A stretch of 64,000 bases of DNA from an uncultured Gemmatimonadaceae bacterium (GCA_964599725.1 CAZRGT010000053.1:5680-69679), one strand, 5' to 3'. Positions 17,328 through 28,431 are shown, counted from the first letter of the stretch. The notes: generated by a model not told the origin, from the sequence alone. Translations and numbers: made by a program.

Positions 17328-19910
17328 TTGGTCTTCCGTTCGTTGAATTCACTCGTGCCGCCCACCCGCGACCACCTCCTTCCCCCCGATCCGCAGGCCT
17401 ACCTCGCCGCGCTGCCGGCCACGGGGCGGGTCATTGTGATCGCTCCCACCCGCGCGGCGTGCGAGACGATCGAGCTCGCCACGGCGTTGCACCTCGATAC
17501 TCTGCTCGAGCGCGAGCACGGCGAAGATGTGCGTCGGCTGGCCGAGTCCGGGCTGGGGTTCGGCATCGTCGCCGGGACCGGCACCGGCAAGACACTGGCG
17601 ATCCGCCCCATCGCCGAGCAGATCCTCGCCACGCCGCTCCGCGTCGGCGTAGTCAACCGGGAGCGGGAGGCGACCCCCGACACGCCCTTCTGGAACGTGG
17701 TCATCATCACCACGGGCATCGCCCGGCGCTGGTTCGAGGACGGTCTCATCACGAAACGGGATACGCTCGTGGTGGACGAGATTCACCAGACCTCCGCGGA
17801 GCTCGAGCTGTGCCTCGCCCTGGGCAAGCGTGCCGAATGCCGGTTCATCTGGTTGTCGGCGACGGTCGATCCCGCGTTTTACGCCCGGTATCTCGAATCG
17901 GCCGAGGTGCTGGAGACGACGGCCTTCGATCCGTCCCGCGCGGCCCGGGTGCGGGTCGTCCCTCTGCAACCGCGTGACTTTCTGGACGAACGCTTCGTGC
18001 GGCGGGTGCTCAAGGAGCGGCGCGGCGTGGCGGTCTTCGTCCCCACCCGCGCCGAGGTGGAAGAGCTCGCCGCGCGGCTTGGTGCGCAATGGCCGGCGCT
18101 CACGGCCGCATTCTATCACGGCGGCGAGCCGATCCGCGTGATCCGGCCGTTCCTGGACGGCGAAGTGCAGCGTCCGTTTCTCCTGGCCATGACGGCGGCG
18201 GGCCAATCGGCGCTCAACATCCGCGGGCTCGACACCGTGGTGATCTACGACGCGCGCTACGCCAATGTCGTGGATCGCGGTCGCAACGTGCTCACCCGGC
18301 TTTACCTCGGCGCCAACGAAATCCTGCAGATGGCGGGACGCGTGCACGGGCGGGTCGCCGACGGCGAGGTATACGTGTTGAGCGACCGGAACCTCGACTT
18401 TTCGGCGTTACGGCCCACACCGCCCGAGTTCCAGCTCGCGGGCGAGGCCGAGCGGGTCGCGATCACGTGTGCCGCGCTCGGTGTTGACGCCGCGGAGCTC
18501 GATCTCCCCGTGCCGCTCGATCGGCTGGCGTACCGTGAGGCAGCCCGACTGTTGACCGATCGTGGGTTGGTGGAAGCCGGTCGGCTCACGACCTACGGTC
18601 GGGCTGTAGAAGCGATGCCGGTGGAGCGACCCTGGGGCGAATTGCTGGTGCACGCCCAGGCGGAGCTCGCGCCGGTGGTCGCGGTGTCGGCGAACATCGA
18701 CTCGCTCCATCGCATGACGCGGGAAACACGCAACTTGAAGGGGCTGATCGTCCCGGGCAGCGATCACCTCACCGCGTACAACGTGTTCGCCGAGGCGGTG
18801 AACAAGCACGGGTATCTGGGAGAGGTGTACGGATTGCCGCGGCATCTGTTCCGCGAGACGATCGATCGTTGGGCGGAGTGGCGCGGAGTGCTCATCAAAG
18901 CGTTGGAAGACGTCGCCCTCGGCACCGCGTCGGTGTACCGACAGATCGAACGACCGTTGCCGGAGCGGTTGGGTATCGCCGACGAGCGCGTCTGCGCCGC
19001 TTTCCAGGACCTCGTGGCCCGCATCCAGCCGTTCGATCTCGTGATCGATGAAGCGACCGCCGACGGTCGTGAGGCGCGCGTCTCCCGCGGCTCGGTGTGC
19101 GGCAGTTGGGGGGCGGTGGCGGGCAACCTGCGCTACTTCGCCGATCGGTTCGGCAATCCGCGCGCGGGCATCGAAGGCACACAGATTCCCGAACGGTTGA
19201 TCAAACGCTACGCGCGGCGCGGCGCCCCGGTCGTGGAGCTGGACGAGCACCGCGGTCGCGCCCGGCTCGTCGCGGTTCGCACGGTGGAGTACTTCGGGTT
19301 TCTGCTCGAGCGCGACATCGAGCCGTTGGCCGATCCGTTCCCGCCACCGCTGGCGGAATCGGCACGAGCCGCGCTGGTCGCCGCGCTGCTGCAAGGTCGT
19401 ACGGCCCATCCGGATCAGCGCGCCGTGCGACGCGCCCTCGAGCGGTGCGGCGAGTACTGGCGCCGCTCGGGCGGCACGCTGGCGGAGGCGGCCACGGAGC
19501 GGCTCGCGGCGCAGCTCGCACGGCAGGTGGACGGCGTGGGCGGTTGGGAGGCCTTTGTCCAGCGGCGTCTCGCGCTCGACCCCGACGCCATCATCCCGGC
19601 CGAGGTTCGCGCCGAACTCGATGCGCTGCCGTCGTCGCTCCATCTCTACGGCGACCGGCTTCCGCTCGACTACGATGTCGAGCCGGGCGGGGGAGTCGTC
19701 CGGCTGCGACTCAAGGAAGGCCAGGCGCGCCGTTTGCGCCCGGACGATCTCCCCGTGCTCGACCGCCCGTTACGCTTCACGGTGATCCGGGGGAAGCGTC
19801 CGGCGATCCAGGCGGCGTCGCTCGAGGACATGCGGCGGCAGCTCACGCAGCTGCCCAGGAGCGAGCGGTCCCACATGATGCGGGGCGGCCGCCGTCCCCG
19901 GCGCCGCTGA
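17328..19910 (+). CDS. DEAH-box ATP-dependent helicase (HrpA/HrpB-like)
   Basis: Motif I is VAGTGTGKT and motif II is LVVDEIHQTS. SAT is present as LSATVD, with a helicase-C region (QMAGRVHGR). The start is uncertain between the tracked TTG and GTG 17355. Confidence 0.85.
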   Translation: MVFRSLNSLVPPTRDHLLPPDPQAYLAALPATGRVIVIAPTRAACETIELATALHLDTLLEREHGEDVRRLAESGLGFGIVAGTGTGKTLAIRPIAEQILATPLRVGVVNREREATPDTPFWNVVIITTGIARRWFEDGLITKRDTLVVDEIHQTSAELELCLALGKRAECRFIWLSATVDPAFYARYLESAEVLETTAFDPSRAARVRVVPLQPRDFLDERFVRRVLKERRGVAVFVPTRAEVEELAARLGAQWPALTAAFYHGGEPIRVIRPFLDGEVQRPFLLAMTAAGQSALNIRGLDTVVIYDARYANVVDRGRNVLTRLYLGANEILQMAGRVHGRVADGEVYVLSDRNLDFSALRPTPPEFQLAGEAERVAITCAALGVDAAELDLPVPLDRLAYREAARLLTDRGLVEAGRLTTYGRAVEAMPVERPWGELLVHAQAELAPVVAVSANIDSLHRMTRETRNLKGLIVPGSDHLTAYNVFAEAVNKHGYLGEVYGLPRHLFRETIDRWAEWRGVLIKALEDVALGTASVYRQIERPLPERLGIADERVCAAFQDLVARIQPFDLVIDEATADGREARVSRGSVCGSWGAVAGNLRYFADRFGNPRAGIEGTQIPERLIKRYARRGAPVVELDEHRGRARLVAVRTVEYFGFLLERDIEPLADPFPPPLAESARAALVAALLQGRTAHPDQRAVRRALERCGEYWRRSGGTLAEAATERLAAQLARQVDGVGGWEAFVQRRLALDPDAIIPAEVRAELDALPSSLHLYGDRLPLDYDVEPGGGVVRLRLKEGQARRLRPDDLPVLDRPLRFTVIRGKRPAIQAASLEDMRRQLTQLPRSERSHMMRGGRRPRRR

Positions 19911-19928
19911 AACATTTCGCCCGGTCGG

Positions 19929-20336
19929 GTGGTACGGGGGCCGGTGGACGCGCTCGGTCGCGCGGTGCTGGAATCCCTCGAACAGGGAATCGCCGTGTTC
20001 GACGCTCGGGGCCAGCTCGTGTACGCGAATCCCGTCGCGCAGCGCTTGCTCGCGGTGGCTGACGGCCCGGATCCCCGGCGGATCCTGCTGAATCGTGACG
20101 CTCGTGCCCTGCCGCTTCGCGACGGGGGCACGCAGATCGGCGAAGCGATCTTGCTCGGTGGCAACGGCGCGGCGGGCACGCTGGCGGACCGCGAGCGGCA
20201 GGCGATCCTCGATGCACTCTCGGTCACGGGTGGTCGGCTCGCCGAAGCGGCGCGACGGCTCGGGATCAGTCGCACCACGTTGTGGCGCCGCCTCCGGACC
20301 TATCAGGAACCCAGCCGTCCTGGCGCCGCTCCCTAG
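19929..20336 (+). CDS. small PAS-like + Fis-type HTH DNA-binding protein
   Basis: The C-terminus RERQAILDALSVTGGRLAEAARRLGISRTTLWRRLRTY is a Fis/NtrC-type HTH_8. The N-terminus LEQGIAVFDARGQLVYANPVAQRLL is PAS-like. There is no AAA+ domain. Confidence 0.6.
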   Translation: MVRGPVDALGRAVLESLEQGIAVFDARGQLVYANPVAQRLLAVADGPDPRRILLNRDARALPLRDGGTQIGEAILLGGNGAAGTLADRERQAILDALSVTGGRLAEAARRLGISRTTLWRRLRTYQEPSRPGAAP

Positions 20337-20358
20337 GCCGCTCTAGCTTCCCCGGGCG

Positions 20359-20835
20359 ATGTCCCCCGTCGCCCCCCCCCCCACGCCCTACATCATCGAA
20401 GAGTATGTCCGCTGGTCCGATGTGGACTTCGCGGGCATCATTTTCTACGGCTCCTACGTCCGCTTCTTCGAGATCGCCGAAACCGAGCTGTTCCGCTCGT
20501 GCGGGCTTGCCTACAAGGACGTGTTCGATCGCTACGACATCTTTCTTCCGCGGCGTGTCGTCCACAGCGAGTTCTATCATCCCCCACGGTTGGACGACCG
20601 GCTCCGCGTCGCGACGTACGTGGGCAAGGTGGGTACGACTTCCATGACGCTCAATTTCGACGTGTTGCTCGCCGGGACCGGGGAGCTGGCCGCCACCGGA
20701 TGGATGGTCCTCGTCTGCGTCGACCGAAAAGCGCTGCGCCCGCGCCCGCTCCCGCCTGGACTCCTCGCCGCTCTGGCGCCGCACTCGTTGAGCGTCGCCG
20801 CTGCGCGGTCGGCGCTCGGCCTGCCCAGTACGTGA
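20359..20835 (+). CDS. acyl-CoA thioesterase, 4HBT/YbgC-like hotdog fold
   Basis: VRWSDVDFAGIIFYGSYVRFFEIAETELFRSCG is the typical 4HBT N-terminal motif. Codons 5-8 lie in an 11-nt poly-C run. Confidence 0.8.
   Translation: MSPVAPPPTPYIIEEYVRWSDVDFAGIIFYGSYVRFFEIAETELFRSCGLAYKDVFDRYDIFLPRRVVHSEFYHPPRLDDRLRVATYVGKVGTTSMTLNFDVLLAGTGELAATGWMVLVCVDRKALRPRPLPPGLLAALAPHSLSVAAARSALGLPST
20372..20382 (+). repeat. homopolymeric C(11) tract inside the 5' end of the thioesterase gene
   Basis: Counted directly: g at 20371, then c at 20372-20382. It encodes APPP. Confidence 0.9.
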
Positions 20836-21326
20836 GCCGGGCCGCGCTGATGGCCCTGTGCGCCGTGGCCTGCGGCGCACCGACCGCGTCCAGCGGCATC
20901 GGACGCGTGCGCGTCGCCCTCTCCGGAACGCCCGATACCGTCCGCTTTGAAGTCCCCGTGGTGGCGACGATGTGCGCGGATGGAGCCAGCCTGCTGGTAC
21001 ACGGCGAACGACGTGGCCAGGGGCTTCTGGTGTGGCTGCGGGGCGGGGCGCCGCCGGATACCGGGACCTACCCGTTGCTGACGCGCGGGGACACCGCCGC
21101 CACCAGGGGCGCGATCGCGTCCGTGCGATTCATGGTCGGCGACGTGGCGCACGGTGTAACGCTGGACGATGGCGCCGCGACGGTGGCGAGCGCCACGCCG
21201 CGGCTGCAGGTGCAGGTTCGCGGGCGCGGCGTGGAATCGGCATCGGCGGGCCAGCGCAGCGTCGAGCTGGCCCTGGAGCAGGTGACCCTGGAGTCCGACA
21301 CCGTGTCCTGCCGCCTTCTGCAGTGA
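20832..21326 (+). CDS. hypothetical lipoprotein
   Basis: GTG 20832 overlaps the thioesterase stop (GTGA). The leader SRAALMALCAVACG has a lipobox-like cysteine. Confidence 0.5.
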   Translation: MSRAALMALCAVACGAPTASSGIGRVRVALSGTPDTVRFEVPVVATMCADGASLLVHGERRGQGLLVWLRGGAPPDTGTYPLLTRGDTAATRGAIASVRFMVGDVAHGVTLDDGAATVASATPRLQVQVRGRGVESASAGQRSVELALEQVTLESDTVSCRLLQ

Positions 21327-22387
21327 CGCTCCGCATCGGGATCATCGGTGCCGGCTTCGCGCGGCGGGTGCAGTTGCCGGGGCTGCGCCTGGTCCCCGGG
21401 GTGAAACCGGTCGCGATTGCGAGCCGCCAGCGGGCCAACGCGGAGGCGGCGGCCCGAGATTTTGGAATCCCGGCTGTGTTCGACGATGGGGTCGCGCTGG
21501 CACGTTCGCCCGACGTGGATCTGGTCATCGTGTCTTCGACGCCGCCCAGTCACGTGGAGTACGCGATCGCCGCACTCGAGGCGGGAAAGCACGTCTTGTG
21601 CGAGAAGCCGATGGCCCTCGACGCGACGGAGGCCTGGCGCATGGTCGAGGCGGCGGAGCGGTGCCGGCCGCAGGTGGCATGGATCGACCATGAGCTGCGC
21701 TACGAGCCGAATCGTCGAAAGGTGCGGGAGCTCATCCGGTCCGGGGCGATTGGCGAAGTGCGGCACCTGGAGCTGACGCTCAAGCCGTACCTGCGCGGCG
21801 ACGGCCGGCCCCAGACCTCCGCCGCCCCGTGGACCTGGTGGTACGACCGTGCGCAGGGTGGCGGCATCCTGGGGGCGGTGGGATCGCATCTGATCGATCT
21901 GTGCCGCTTCTGGACCGGGCGCGAAGTGTCGCACGTGGCGGGACTGGTTGAGACGTTCGTGCGTGAGCGCCGCGACATGGCTGGCGCGACCCGGGCGGTG
22001 ACCGCCGATGAATTCGCGAGCGGCGTCCTCACGTTGGGGGACGGCGTCGTGGCCACGGTCACCCTGTCCGCTGTCGCGTATCACGGCGCAGGTCATCTGG
22101 CGCAGATCACCGGATCCGAGGGCACCCTGCTGCTCACGGGCGAGACGAAGCTCGAGATCGGGAAGCTCGGCGGTCCGTTGGAAGACATCAGTGCGCCTGA
22201 CGACCTGGTCGGTCAGACTGCGGTCAACAACATGTGGGCACGTTCGTTCGTGCGTCTGATGCGTGATCTTGCGGGCGTCGTCACGGGGCGCGAGTCCGAG
22301 GGTGAGCCGGCGGGCTTTCGCGATGGCTGGAAGGTCCAGCGCGTGCTCGATGCCGTGCGCGCCGGTCGTGGCACGCCGTTAGATTGA
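21323..22387 (+). CDS. Gfo/Idh/MocA-family NAD(P)-dependent oxidoreductase
   Basis: GTG 21323 overlaps the upstream stop (GTGA). The Rossmann motif is LRIGIIGAGFARRVQLPGL. The EKP motif occurs in HVLCEKPMAL. Confidence 0.85.
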   Translation: MTLRIGIIGAGFARRVQLPGLRLVPGVKPVAIASRQRANAEAAARDFGIPAVFDDGVALARSPDVDLVIVSSTPPSHVEYAIAALEAGKHVLCEKPMALDATEAWRMVEAAERCRPQVAWIDHELRYEPNRRKVRELIRSGAIGEVRHLELTLKPYLRGDGRPQTSAAPWTWWYDRAQGGGILGAVGSHLIDLCRFWTGREVSHVAGLVETFVRERRDMAGATRAVTADEFASGVLTLGDGVVATVTLSAVAYHGAGHLAQITGSEGTLLLTGETKLEIGKLGGPLEDISAPDDLVGQTAVNNMWARSFVRLMRDLAGVVTGRESEGEPAGFRDGWKVQRVLDAVRAGRGTPLD

Positions 22388-22390
22388 GGC

Positions 22391-23596
22391 GTGGAGCAGA
22401 CCTACTTCCGCAAGGGATTCGGGCTCAAGGACGCCATCGAGGGCGCCCTCACGTCCGACTACCACAGCCGCATCGTCGACGCGATCCGCGCGCACGATTA
22501 CACGCTGACGGTCGGCGATCTCACGTTCCGGCTGGCGCGCGAGTTCGGCTTCTGCTACGGGGTGGACCGGGCGGTGGAGTATGCGTATGAGGCCCGGACC
22601 AAGTTCCCCGACCGCCGCACGTTTCTGGTGGGCGAGATCATCCACAATCCGCATGTCAACTCGAAGCTGCGCGCCATGGGCGTCGAGTTTCTGTTCCGTT
22701 CAGCTGGCGGCGAGTTTGACTTCAGCACGGTGACCGCGACGGACGTCGTGATCCTGCCGGCCTTCGGTGTCACCGTGCAGGACCTCACCAGGCTGCGGGA
22801 GATCGGCTGCGTGCTGGTGGACACGACCTGCGGATCGGTGTTGAACGTCTGGAAGCGGGTCGACTCCTACGCCAAGGACGGCTACACCGCCGTGATCCAC
22901 GGCAAGTACTTCCATGAGGAGACCAAGGCCACCGCCAGCCAGGTGACCAAACATCCCGGAGGCCGATACTTGATCGTGCGGCACATGGACGAGGCGAAAG
23001 CGGTGTGCCGCTACATCGAGGGGCAAGGCGAACGCGCGGCGTTGCTGGAGCAGTTCGCCCACGCGATCTCTCCGGGCTTCGACCCCGACCGCGATCTCGC
23101 CAAGGTCGGTGTCGCGAACCAGACGACGATGTTGTCCAACGAGTCACTGGCGATCGCGGTCGAGCTGCGCCAGAGCGTCGCGCGTCGATGGGGCGAAGCG
23201 GCGTTGGCCGAGCACTTCCGCACGTTCGACACCATTTGCTCGGCCACCCAGGACCGCCAGGACGCCGTGCTCAAGCTGATCGAAGCGCCGCTCGACGTGA
23301 TGGTGGTGATCGGCGGGTACAACTCGAGCAACACGACGCACCTGGCCGCGATTTGCGCGACCAAGGTGACGACCTATCATGTCGAAGATGCGCTGTGCAT
23401 CGAGTCCGAGACGGGGGCGATTCGACACCTCCCGGTCGGGTCGAAAGACGAAACGCGGCGCAGCGATTGGCTGCCATCCGGGGCGGTCACGATCGGCATC
23501 ACGGCGGGCGCTTCGACTCCCAACAACAAGATCGCGGAGACCGTGGAGCGGATCGCCGCCGTGCGGGGGATGTCGCTCGCTGCGACGCTGACCTAG
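22391..23596 (+). CDS. ispH: 4-hydroxy-3-methylbut-2-enyl diphosphate reductase (long form)
   Basis: [28 protein letters not shown] and [13 protein letters not shown] are characteristic LytB/IspH motifs that include the Fe-S cysteines. Confidence 0.92.
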   Translation: MEQTYFRKGFGLKDAIEGALTSDYHSRIVDAIRAHDYTLTVGDLTFRLAREFGFCYGVDRAVEYAYEARTKFPDRRTFLVGEIIHNPHVNSKLRAMGVEFLFRSAGGEFDFSTVTATDVVILPAFGVTVQDLTRLREIGCVLVDTTCGSVLNVWKRVDSYAKDGYTAVIHGKYFHEETKATASQVTKHPGGRYLIVRHMDEAKAVCRYIEGQGERAALLEQFAHAISPGFDPDRDLAKVGVANQTTMLSNESLAIAVELRQSVARRWGEAALAEHFRTFDTICSATQDRQDAVLKLIEAPLDVMVVIGGYNSSNTTHLAAICATKVTTYHVEDALCIESETGAIRHLPVGSKDETRRSDWLPSGAVTIGITAGASTPNNKIAETVERIAAVRGMSLAATLT

Positions 23597-23598
23597 TC

Positions 23599-26500
23599 AT
23601 GCCCCTGTCGATGCTCCACCCGGCCGTCCGCCAATGGTTCGAGCGCACCTTCGCCGAGCCGACCGAGCCGCAACGGCGCGCCTGGCCGGCGATCCATGAG
23701 GGTAGGGACGTCCTCATCGCGGCGCCGACCGGCTCCGGCAAGACCTTTGCCGCTTTCCTCGCTGCGGTTGACTCGCTGATCCGCCAAGGAATCGAAGGAA
23801 CGCTGCGCGACGAGACGCAGGTCGTCTACGTCTCTCCCCTGAAGGCGCTGTCGGCCGACATCCAGAAAAACCTGACCGAGCCGCTGGAGCGGATCCGGGA
23901 AGAGCTCGCGGCCGCGGGACTTGGCGACGTGGACATCCGCGTGCTGCTGCGCACCGGGGACACCTCGCCGGCGGACCGCCAGGCGATGGTCAAGCATCCG
24001 CCCCACATCCTCGTCACCACGCCCGAATCGCTGTACTTGATCCTCACCTCCGAGCGGGCGCGCGAGATGCTGCGCAACGTACGCACCGTGATCGTGGACG
24101 AGATTCACGCCACCGCGCGCGACAAGCGCGGCAGCCATCTGGCTCTGTCGCTCGAGCGCCTGGCCGTGCTGTCGCGTCATCCGGTGCAGCGCATCGGTCT
24201 CTCCGCAACGCAAAAGCCGATCGAGGAGATCGCGCGGTTCCTGGTGGGAACCGAGCGGCTGAGCCCCGCGATCATCGACTCGGGTCACGTTCGCACGCTC
24301 GATCTCGCGCTCGAGATTCCGTCGTCGCCGCTCGAGGCGGTGATGTCGGCCGAGGTGTGGGAAGAGGTATACGAGCGACTCGCCCAGCTGATCGCGGAGC
24401 ACCGCACCACGCTCGTGTTCGTGAACGCGCGTCGCCTGTGCGAGCGGCTCACCATGCACCTTTCGGAGCGACTCGGCGCGGAGCATGTGACGAGCCATCA
24501 CGGCAGCCTGTCGCGCGAGAAGCGGCTCGAGGCGGAAACGCGCCTCAAGCAAGGCACGCTGAAGGCACTGGTCGCGACGGCATCGCTCGAGCTGGGCATC
24601 GATATCGGGTCGGTCGATCTGGTGTGCCAGGTCGCCACGCCACGCTCGATCGCGACCCTGTTGCAGCGCGTGGGCCGCTCCGGGCACCGGCTCGGCGCCG
24701 TGCCAAAGGGGAGGATCTTCCCGCTGTCGCGCGACGACCTCGTCGAATGCACCGCGCTGTTGCGCGCGGCGCGCGAGGGCTCGCTCGATCGGCTGATCAT
24801 CCCCGAACGCCCGCTCGACATTCTGGCGCAGCAGATCGTCGCGGCAGTGGCGTGCGAGGACTGGGACGAGGAGGCGTTGTACGCGCTGGTGCGGGGGGCG
24901 TACCCGTATCGCGATCTGCCGCGGCCGGAGTTCGACGACGTCGTTCACATGCTGGCCGACGGGTTCACCACCCGACGCGGCCGCCGGGGCGCCTACGTCC
25001 ACTACGACGGCGTCAATCGCCGCCTGCGTGCCCGCCGCGGCGCGCGGCTCGCCGCTCTGACGTCGGGCGGGGCGATTCCGGATCTGGGTGACTACCGGGT
25101 CATCATGGAGCCGACCGAAACGTTCGTCGGCACGCTGAACGAGGACTTTGCGATCGAGAGCGCTCCGGGCGACATCTTCCAGCTCGGCAACGCCTCGTAT
25201 CTCATCCTCAGGGTCGAATCGGGACAGGTGCGGGTCGCGGACGCCCGCGGTCAGCCCCCGACGTTGCCGTTCTGGTTGGGCGAGGCGCCGGCGCGCACCG
25301 ACGAGCTGTCGATGGAAGTGTCGCGGCTGCGGGGCGACATCGAGCGTCGCTTGGGGGACGCGCCCGGTGCCGTCCGCTGGCTGATGGAGGCGACGGGCGT
25401 CACGGAGGCGGCGGCGCGTCAGATGGTCGAGTACCTCGCGGCCACAAGGGCGATCCTGGGCGTCGTGCCGACCCAGGAGACGCTCGTCCTGGAACGGTTC
25501 TTCGACGAGGCGGGCGGGATGCAGCTGGTGCTGCACGCGCCGTTCGGCGCGCGTGTCAACAAGGCGTGGGGATTGGCGCTGCGCAAGCGGTTCTGTCGCT
25601 CTTTCAATTTCGAGCTGCAGGCCGCGGCGACCGACGAGGCGATCGTCTTGTCCCTCGGTCCCCATCACAGCTTCCCGCTGGACGACGTGTTCCGCTACCT
25701 GAACGCCGGCACGGTGCGGGACGTCCTGATCCAGGCGATGCTCGTCGCTCCCATGTTCCAGAGCCGCTGGCGCTGGAACGCCACACGCGCCCTCGCCGTG
25801 CTCCGGTTTCGCGGCGGCCGCAAAGTCCCGACGCCGCTGCAGCGGATGGAAGCCGAGGATCTGTCCGCGGCGGTGTTCCCCGATCAGCTCGCCTGCCCCG
25901 AGAACCTGACGGGCGACCGCGACATCCCGGACCACCCGCTCATCCGTCAGACGATTGCCGACTGCCTTACCGAGGCGATGGATCTGGGCGGGCTGATCCG
26001 GGTGCTGGAGGGAATCGCGGCGGGGCGGTACGCGCTCGTGGCCCGCGACACGACCGAGCCATCGCCCATCGCGCACGAGATCCTGAACGCCAAGCCGTAC
26101 GCGTTTCTGGACGACGCCCCGCTCGAGGAGCGGCGCACCCAGGCGGTTGCGACGCGCCGCTCGCTCGACGTGAAGACCGCCGAAGAGTTCGGCAAGCTCG
26201 ATCTCGATGCCATCGAGCGGGTGCGGGAGGAAGCGGCGCCTGACGTCAACAGCGCTGAAGATCTGCACGACGCGTTGCTCGTCATGGGGGCAATCCCGGA
26301 AGGCGACTGGGGAGCGGGGAGCGGGGAGCGGTCGTGGACGGTGCATTACGACGCACTGGCGCACGCCCGCCGTGCTGGTGTTCTGCGAACCACGCCGCGG
26401 CTCTGGGTCGCAGCCGAGCGGCTGCCGATGCTCGGAGCGGCCTATCCAGGCGCCGTGTGCGAGCCGCCGGTCGTGGCACCGGAACGGGACCGCGCGAAGA

Positions 26501-27930
26501 CGTGGACGCGCGAGGATGCGATCCGCGAGCTAGTGCGTGGGCGCCTCGAAGTCGCCGGACCCACCACGGCGAGCGACATCGCCCGCACGCTCGGTCTCGA
26601 CGCCGGCGACGTCGAGTTCGGGCTCGGCGCGCTGGAGCACGAAGGATTTGTGCTCCGGGGACGCTTTACGCCCGGCGTGACGGTTCTCGAATGGTGCGAG
26701 CGTCGACTGCTGGCGCGGATTCACCGCTACACCCTCGACCGGCTGCGCAAGGAAATCGAGCCGGTGAGCGCGGCAGACTTCATGCGCTTCCTGTTCCGTT
26801 GGCAACGGGTGAGCGAGGACACGCGCGCCGAGGGGCCGGCAGGGCTGGCCGCGGTGCTCGACGTGCTGGACGGGTTCGAGCTGCCCGCGGGCGCGTGGGA
26901 GGGCGACGTGTTGCCCGCCCGTGTCGCGGACTACGATCCACTCTGGCTCGACGGTCTGTGTCTGTCGGGGGAGATCGGCTGGGGTCGGTTGAAAGCATTG
27001 CGGAATGCGGAATGCGGAATGCGGAATAGAAAGGCTGGCCCTATTCGTACGACCCCGATCGCGCTGTTTCGCCGAGAGCGCGGGGAGATCTGGCGTGCAC
27101 TGACTGAGCAGCCGGACCCCGCGGGGCTGCCGCTTTCGCACTCCGGGCGTGCCGCGCTCGATGCGTTGGAGCAGCGCGGGGCGTCGTTCTTCGGCGACTT
27201 GGTGAACGCCACCGGCCTGTTACGCAGCGAAGTGGAGAAGGCGTTGGGCGAGCTGGTGGCGTGGGGGCTCATCGCGTCGGACAGCTTCGCGGGACTGCGG
27301 GCGCTGCTCGTCCCCTCGGAGCGACGGCGCCCGATCGGTGGCTACCGGCGGCGCGGGCGCATCGCGCCATTCGGCGTCGAGACGGCAGGGCGCTGGTCGC
27401 GCGTCGAGCGGGCGTCGCTTCTGCCCGAGGAGCAGCTCGCCGAGGCGGTGGCGTGGATGCTGTTGCGGCGCTACGGCGTCGTGTTCCGGCGCGTCGTGGA
27501 GCGTGAAGCCTTGTCCGTCCCGTGGCGTGACGTGCTGCGCGTGTACCGGCGCCTGGAATCGCGAGGCGAGGTCCGCGGCGGGCGGTTCGTCGGCGGGTTC
27601 TCGGGCGAGCAATACGCGCTCCCCGAGGCGGTCGGGACGCTGCGCGCGGTGCGGCGCGAGGAGCCCAGGGGCGCGCTCGTCGCGGTGAGTGGGGCCGATC
27701 CCTTGAACCTGGTCGGGATCATCGTGCCGGGCGAGGCGGTCGCGGCGCTCGCCGGGAATCGCATCCTCTACCGCGACGGAGTGGCGGTGGCGGTGGCGGT
27801 GGCGGCGCGGGAGGGCAAGGAGACCCGGTTGCTGGTCGAGGCGGGCGCGGAGGAGGACCATGCCCTGCGCACCGCGCTGGTGCGGCAGCGCGTGGCGCCG
27901 ATGGTCAGGGCGTATTTGGGGAACCGATAG
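23599..27930 (+). CDS. lhr: large ATP-dependent helicase Lhr (DEAD/DEAH + long C-terminal domain)
   Basis: ATG 23599 lies 2 nt after the ispH stop. [43 protein letters not shown] and [10 protein letters not shown] are the Lhr-type motifs. The upstream 198 codons of the tracked ORF overlap ispH and are discarded. Confidence 0.9.
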   Translation: MPLSMLHPAVRQWFERTFAEPTEPQRRAWPAIHEGRDVLIAAPTGSGKTFAAFLAAVDSLIRQGIEGTLRDETQVVYVSPLKALSADIQKNLTEPLERIREELAAAGLGDVDIRVLLRTGDTSPADRQAMVKHPPHILVTTPESLYLILTSERAREMLRNVRTVIVDEIHATARDKRGSHLALSLERLAVLSRHPVQRIGLSATQKPIEEIARFLVGTERLSPAIIDSGHVRTLDLALEIPSSPLEAVMSAEVWEEVYERLAQLIAEHRTTLVFVNARRLCERLTMHLSERLGAEHVTSHHGSLSREKRLEAETRLKQGTLKALVATASLELGIDIGSVDLVCQVATPRSIATLLQRVGRSGHRLGAVPKGRIFPLSRDDLVECTALLRAAREGSLDRLIIPERPLDILAQQIVAAVACEDWDEEALYALVRGAYPYRDLPRPEFDDVVHMLADGFTTRRGRRGAYVHYDGVNRRLRARRGARLAALTSGGAIPDLGDYRVIMEPTETFVGTLNEDFAIESAPGDIFQLGNASYLILRVESGQVRVADARGQPPTLPFWLGEAPARTDELSMEVSRLRGDIERRLGDAPGAVRWLMEATGVTEAAARQMVEYLAATRAILGVVPTQETLVLERFFDEAGGMQLVLHAPFGARVNKAWGLALRKRFCRSFNFELQAAATDEAIVLSLGPHHSFPLDDVFRYLNAGTVRDVLIQAMLVAPMFQSRWRWNATRALAVLRFRGGRKVPTPLQRMEAEDLSAAVFPDQLACPENLTGDRDIPDHPLIRQTIADCLTEAMDLGGLIRVLEGIAAGRYALVARDTTEPSPIAHEILNAKPYAFLDDAPLEERRTQAVATRRSLDVKTAEEFGKLDLDAIERVREEAAPDVNSAEDLHDALLVMGAIPEGDWGAGSGERSWTVHYDALAHARRAGVLRTTPRLWVAAERLPMLGAAYPGAVCEPPVVAPERDRAKTWTREDAIRELVRGRLEVAGPTTASDIARTLGLDAGDVEFGLGALEHEGFVLRGRFTPGVTVLEWCERRLLARIHRYTLDRLRKEIEPVSAADFMRFLFRWQRVSEDTRAEGPAGLAAVLDVLDGFELPAGAWEGDVLPARVADYDPLWLDGLCLSGEIGWGRLKALRNAECGMRNRKAGPIRTTPIALFRRERGEIWRALTEQPDPAGLPLSHSGRAALDALEQRGASFFGDLVNATGLLRSEVEKALGELVAWGLIASDSFAGLRALLVPSERRRPIGGYRRRGRIAPFGVETAGRWSRVERASLLPEEQLAEAVAWMLLRRYGVVFRRVVEREALSVPWRDVLRVYRRLESRGEVRGGRFVGGFSGEQYALPEAVGTLRAVRREEPRGALVAVSGADPLNLVGIIVPGEAVAALAGNRILYRDGVAVAVAVAAREGKETRLLVEAGAEEDHALRTALVRQRVAPMVRAYLGNR
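27001..27028 (+). repeat. heptanucleotide tandem repeat (CGGAATG x3 + CGGAATA) inside lhr
   Basis: Read directly from the sequence. It encodes [10 protein letters not shown]. Confidence 0.9.
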
Positions 27931-28032
27931 CTATCATCAGGTCCATAGATTGACTAATTCTACCAAGTACCACCGCCATCGAAGTGAAGTTCGCGGCTTG
28001 ACGGATCACACTCGCAGACGGAGGATCGCAGC

Positions 28033-28431
28033 TTGCGCATCAGCTATCGTCTCACCCTGTCCGCCCTGGCGCTGCTGACGGCGGCCTGTGGCAGCAACAA
28101 CGCGCTCGCCCCACGGTACCAGCCTCAGGTGGTGAACACGCCCAATGTCGCTTTCAGCTTCCAGGCGACCGGGCTGCAGGACATCAGCGATGCCCTCACG
28201 TACACCTGGAGTTGTTCCTCCGGCAGCGTCGTCATTCACCCCTCCACGTCCACGACGGCTGGGACGATTACTCTGAACATCAAGGACGCCGCCGGAACCG
28301 TCAAATACAACGGGCCCGTCCCGGCTAGCGGGGACATCACCCCTCCGACCGGAGCGGCAGGGGCCTGGACGATTGGCGTAACCCTGGCGAACTACACGGG
28401 GACCATCAACTTCGCAGTACAAATGCAGTAG
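28033..28431 (+). CDS. hypothetical lipoprotein
   Basis: A TTG start sits 7 nt after GGAGGA. The leader MRISYRLTLSALALLTAACG has a classical lipobox. Confidence 0.5.
   Translation: MRISYRLTLSALALLTAACGSNNALAPRYQPQVVNTPNVAFSFQATGLQDISDALTYTWSCSSGSVVIHPSTSTTAGTITLNIKDAAGTVKYNGPVPASGDITPPTGAAGAWTIGVTLANYTGTINFAVQMQ

Noticed and set aside
23005-23598. N-terminal extension of the lhr ORF (1641 aa as tracked), overlapping ispH.
   Set aside because: The extension overlaps the conserved ispH coding frame and has shadow-like composition. The Lhr homology, including the Q-motif region, begins at the ATG at 23599, 2 nt after the ispH stop.
27781-27804. Hexamer repeat (GTGGCG)x4 near the 3' end of lhr.
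   Set aside because: It is an in-frame multiple of three that simply encodes a (Val-Ala)n stretch. This is common in GC-rich genomes and has no frameshift potential.
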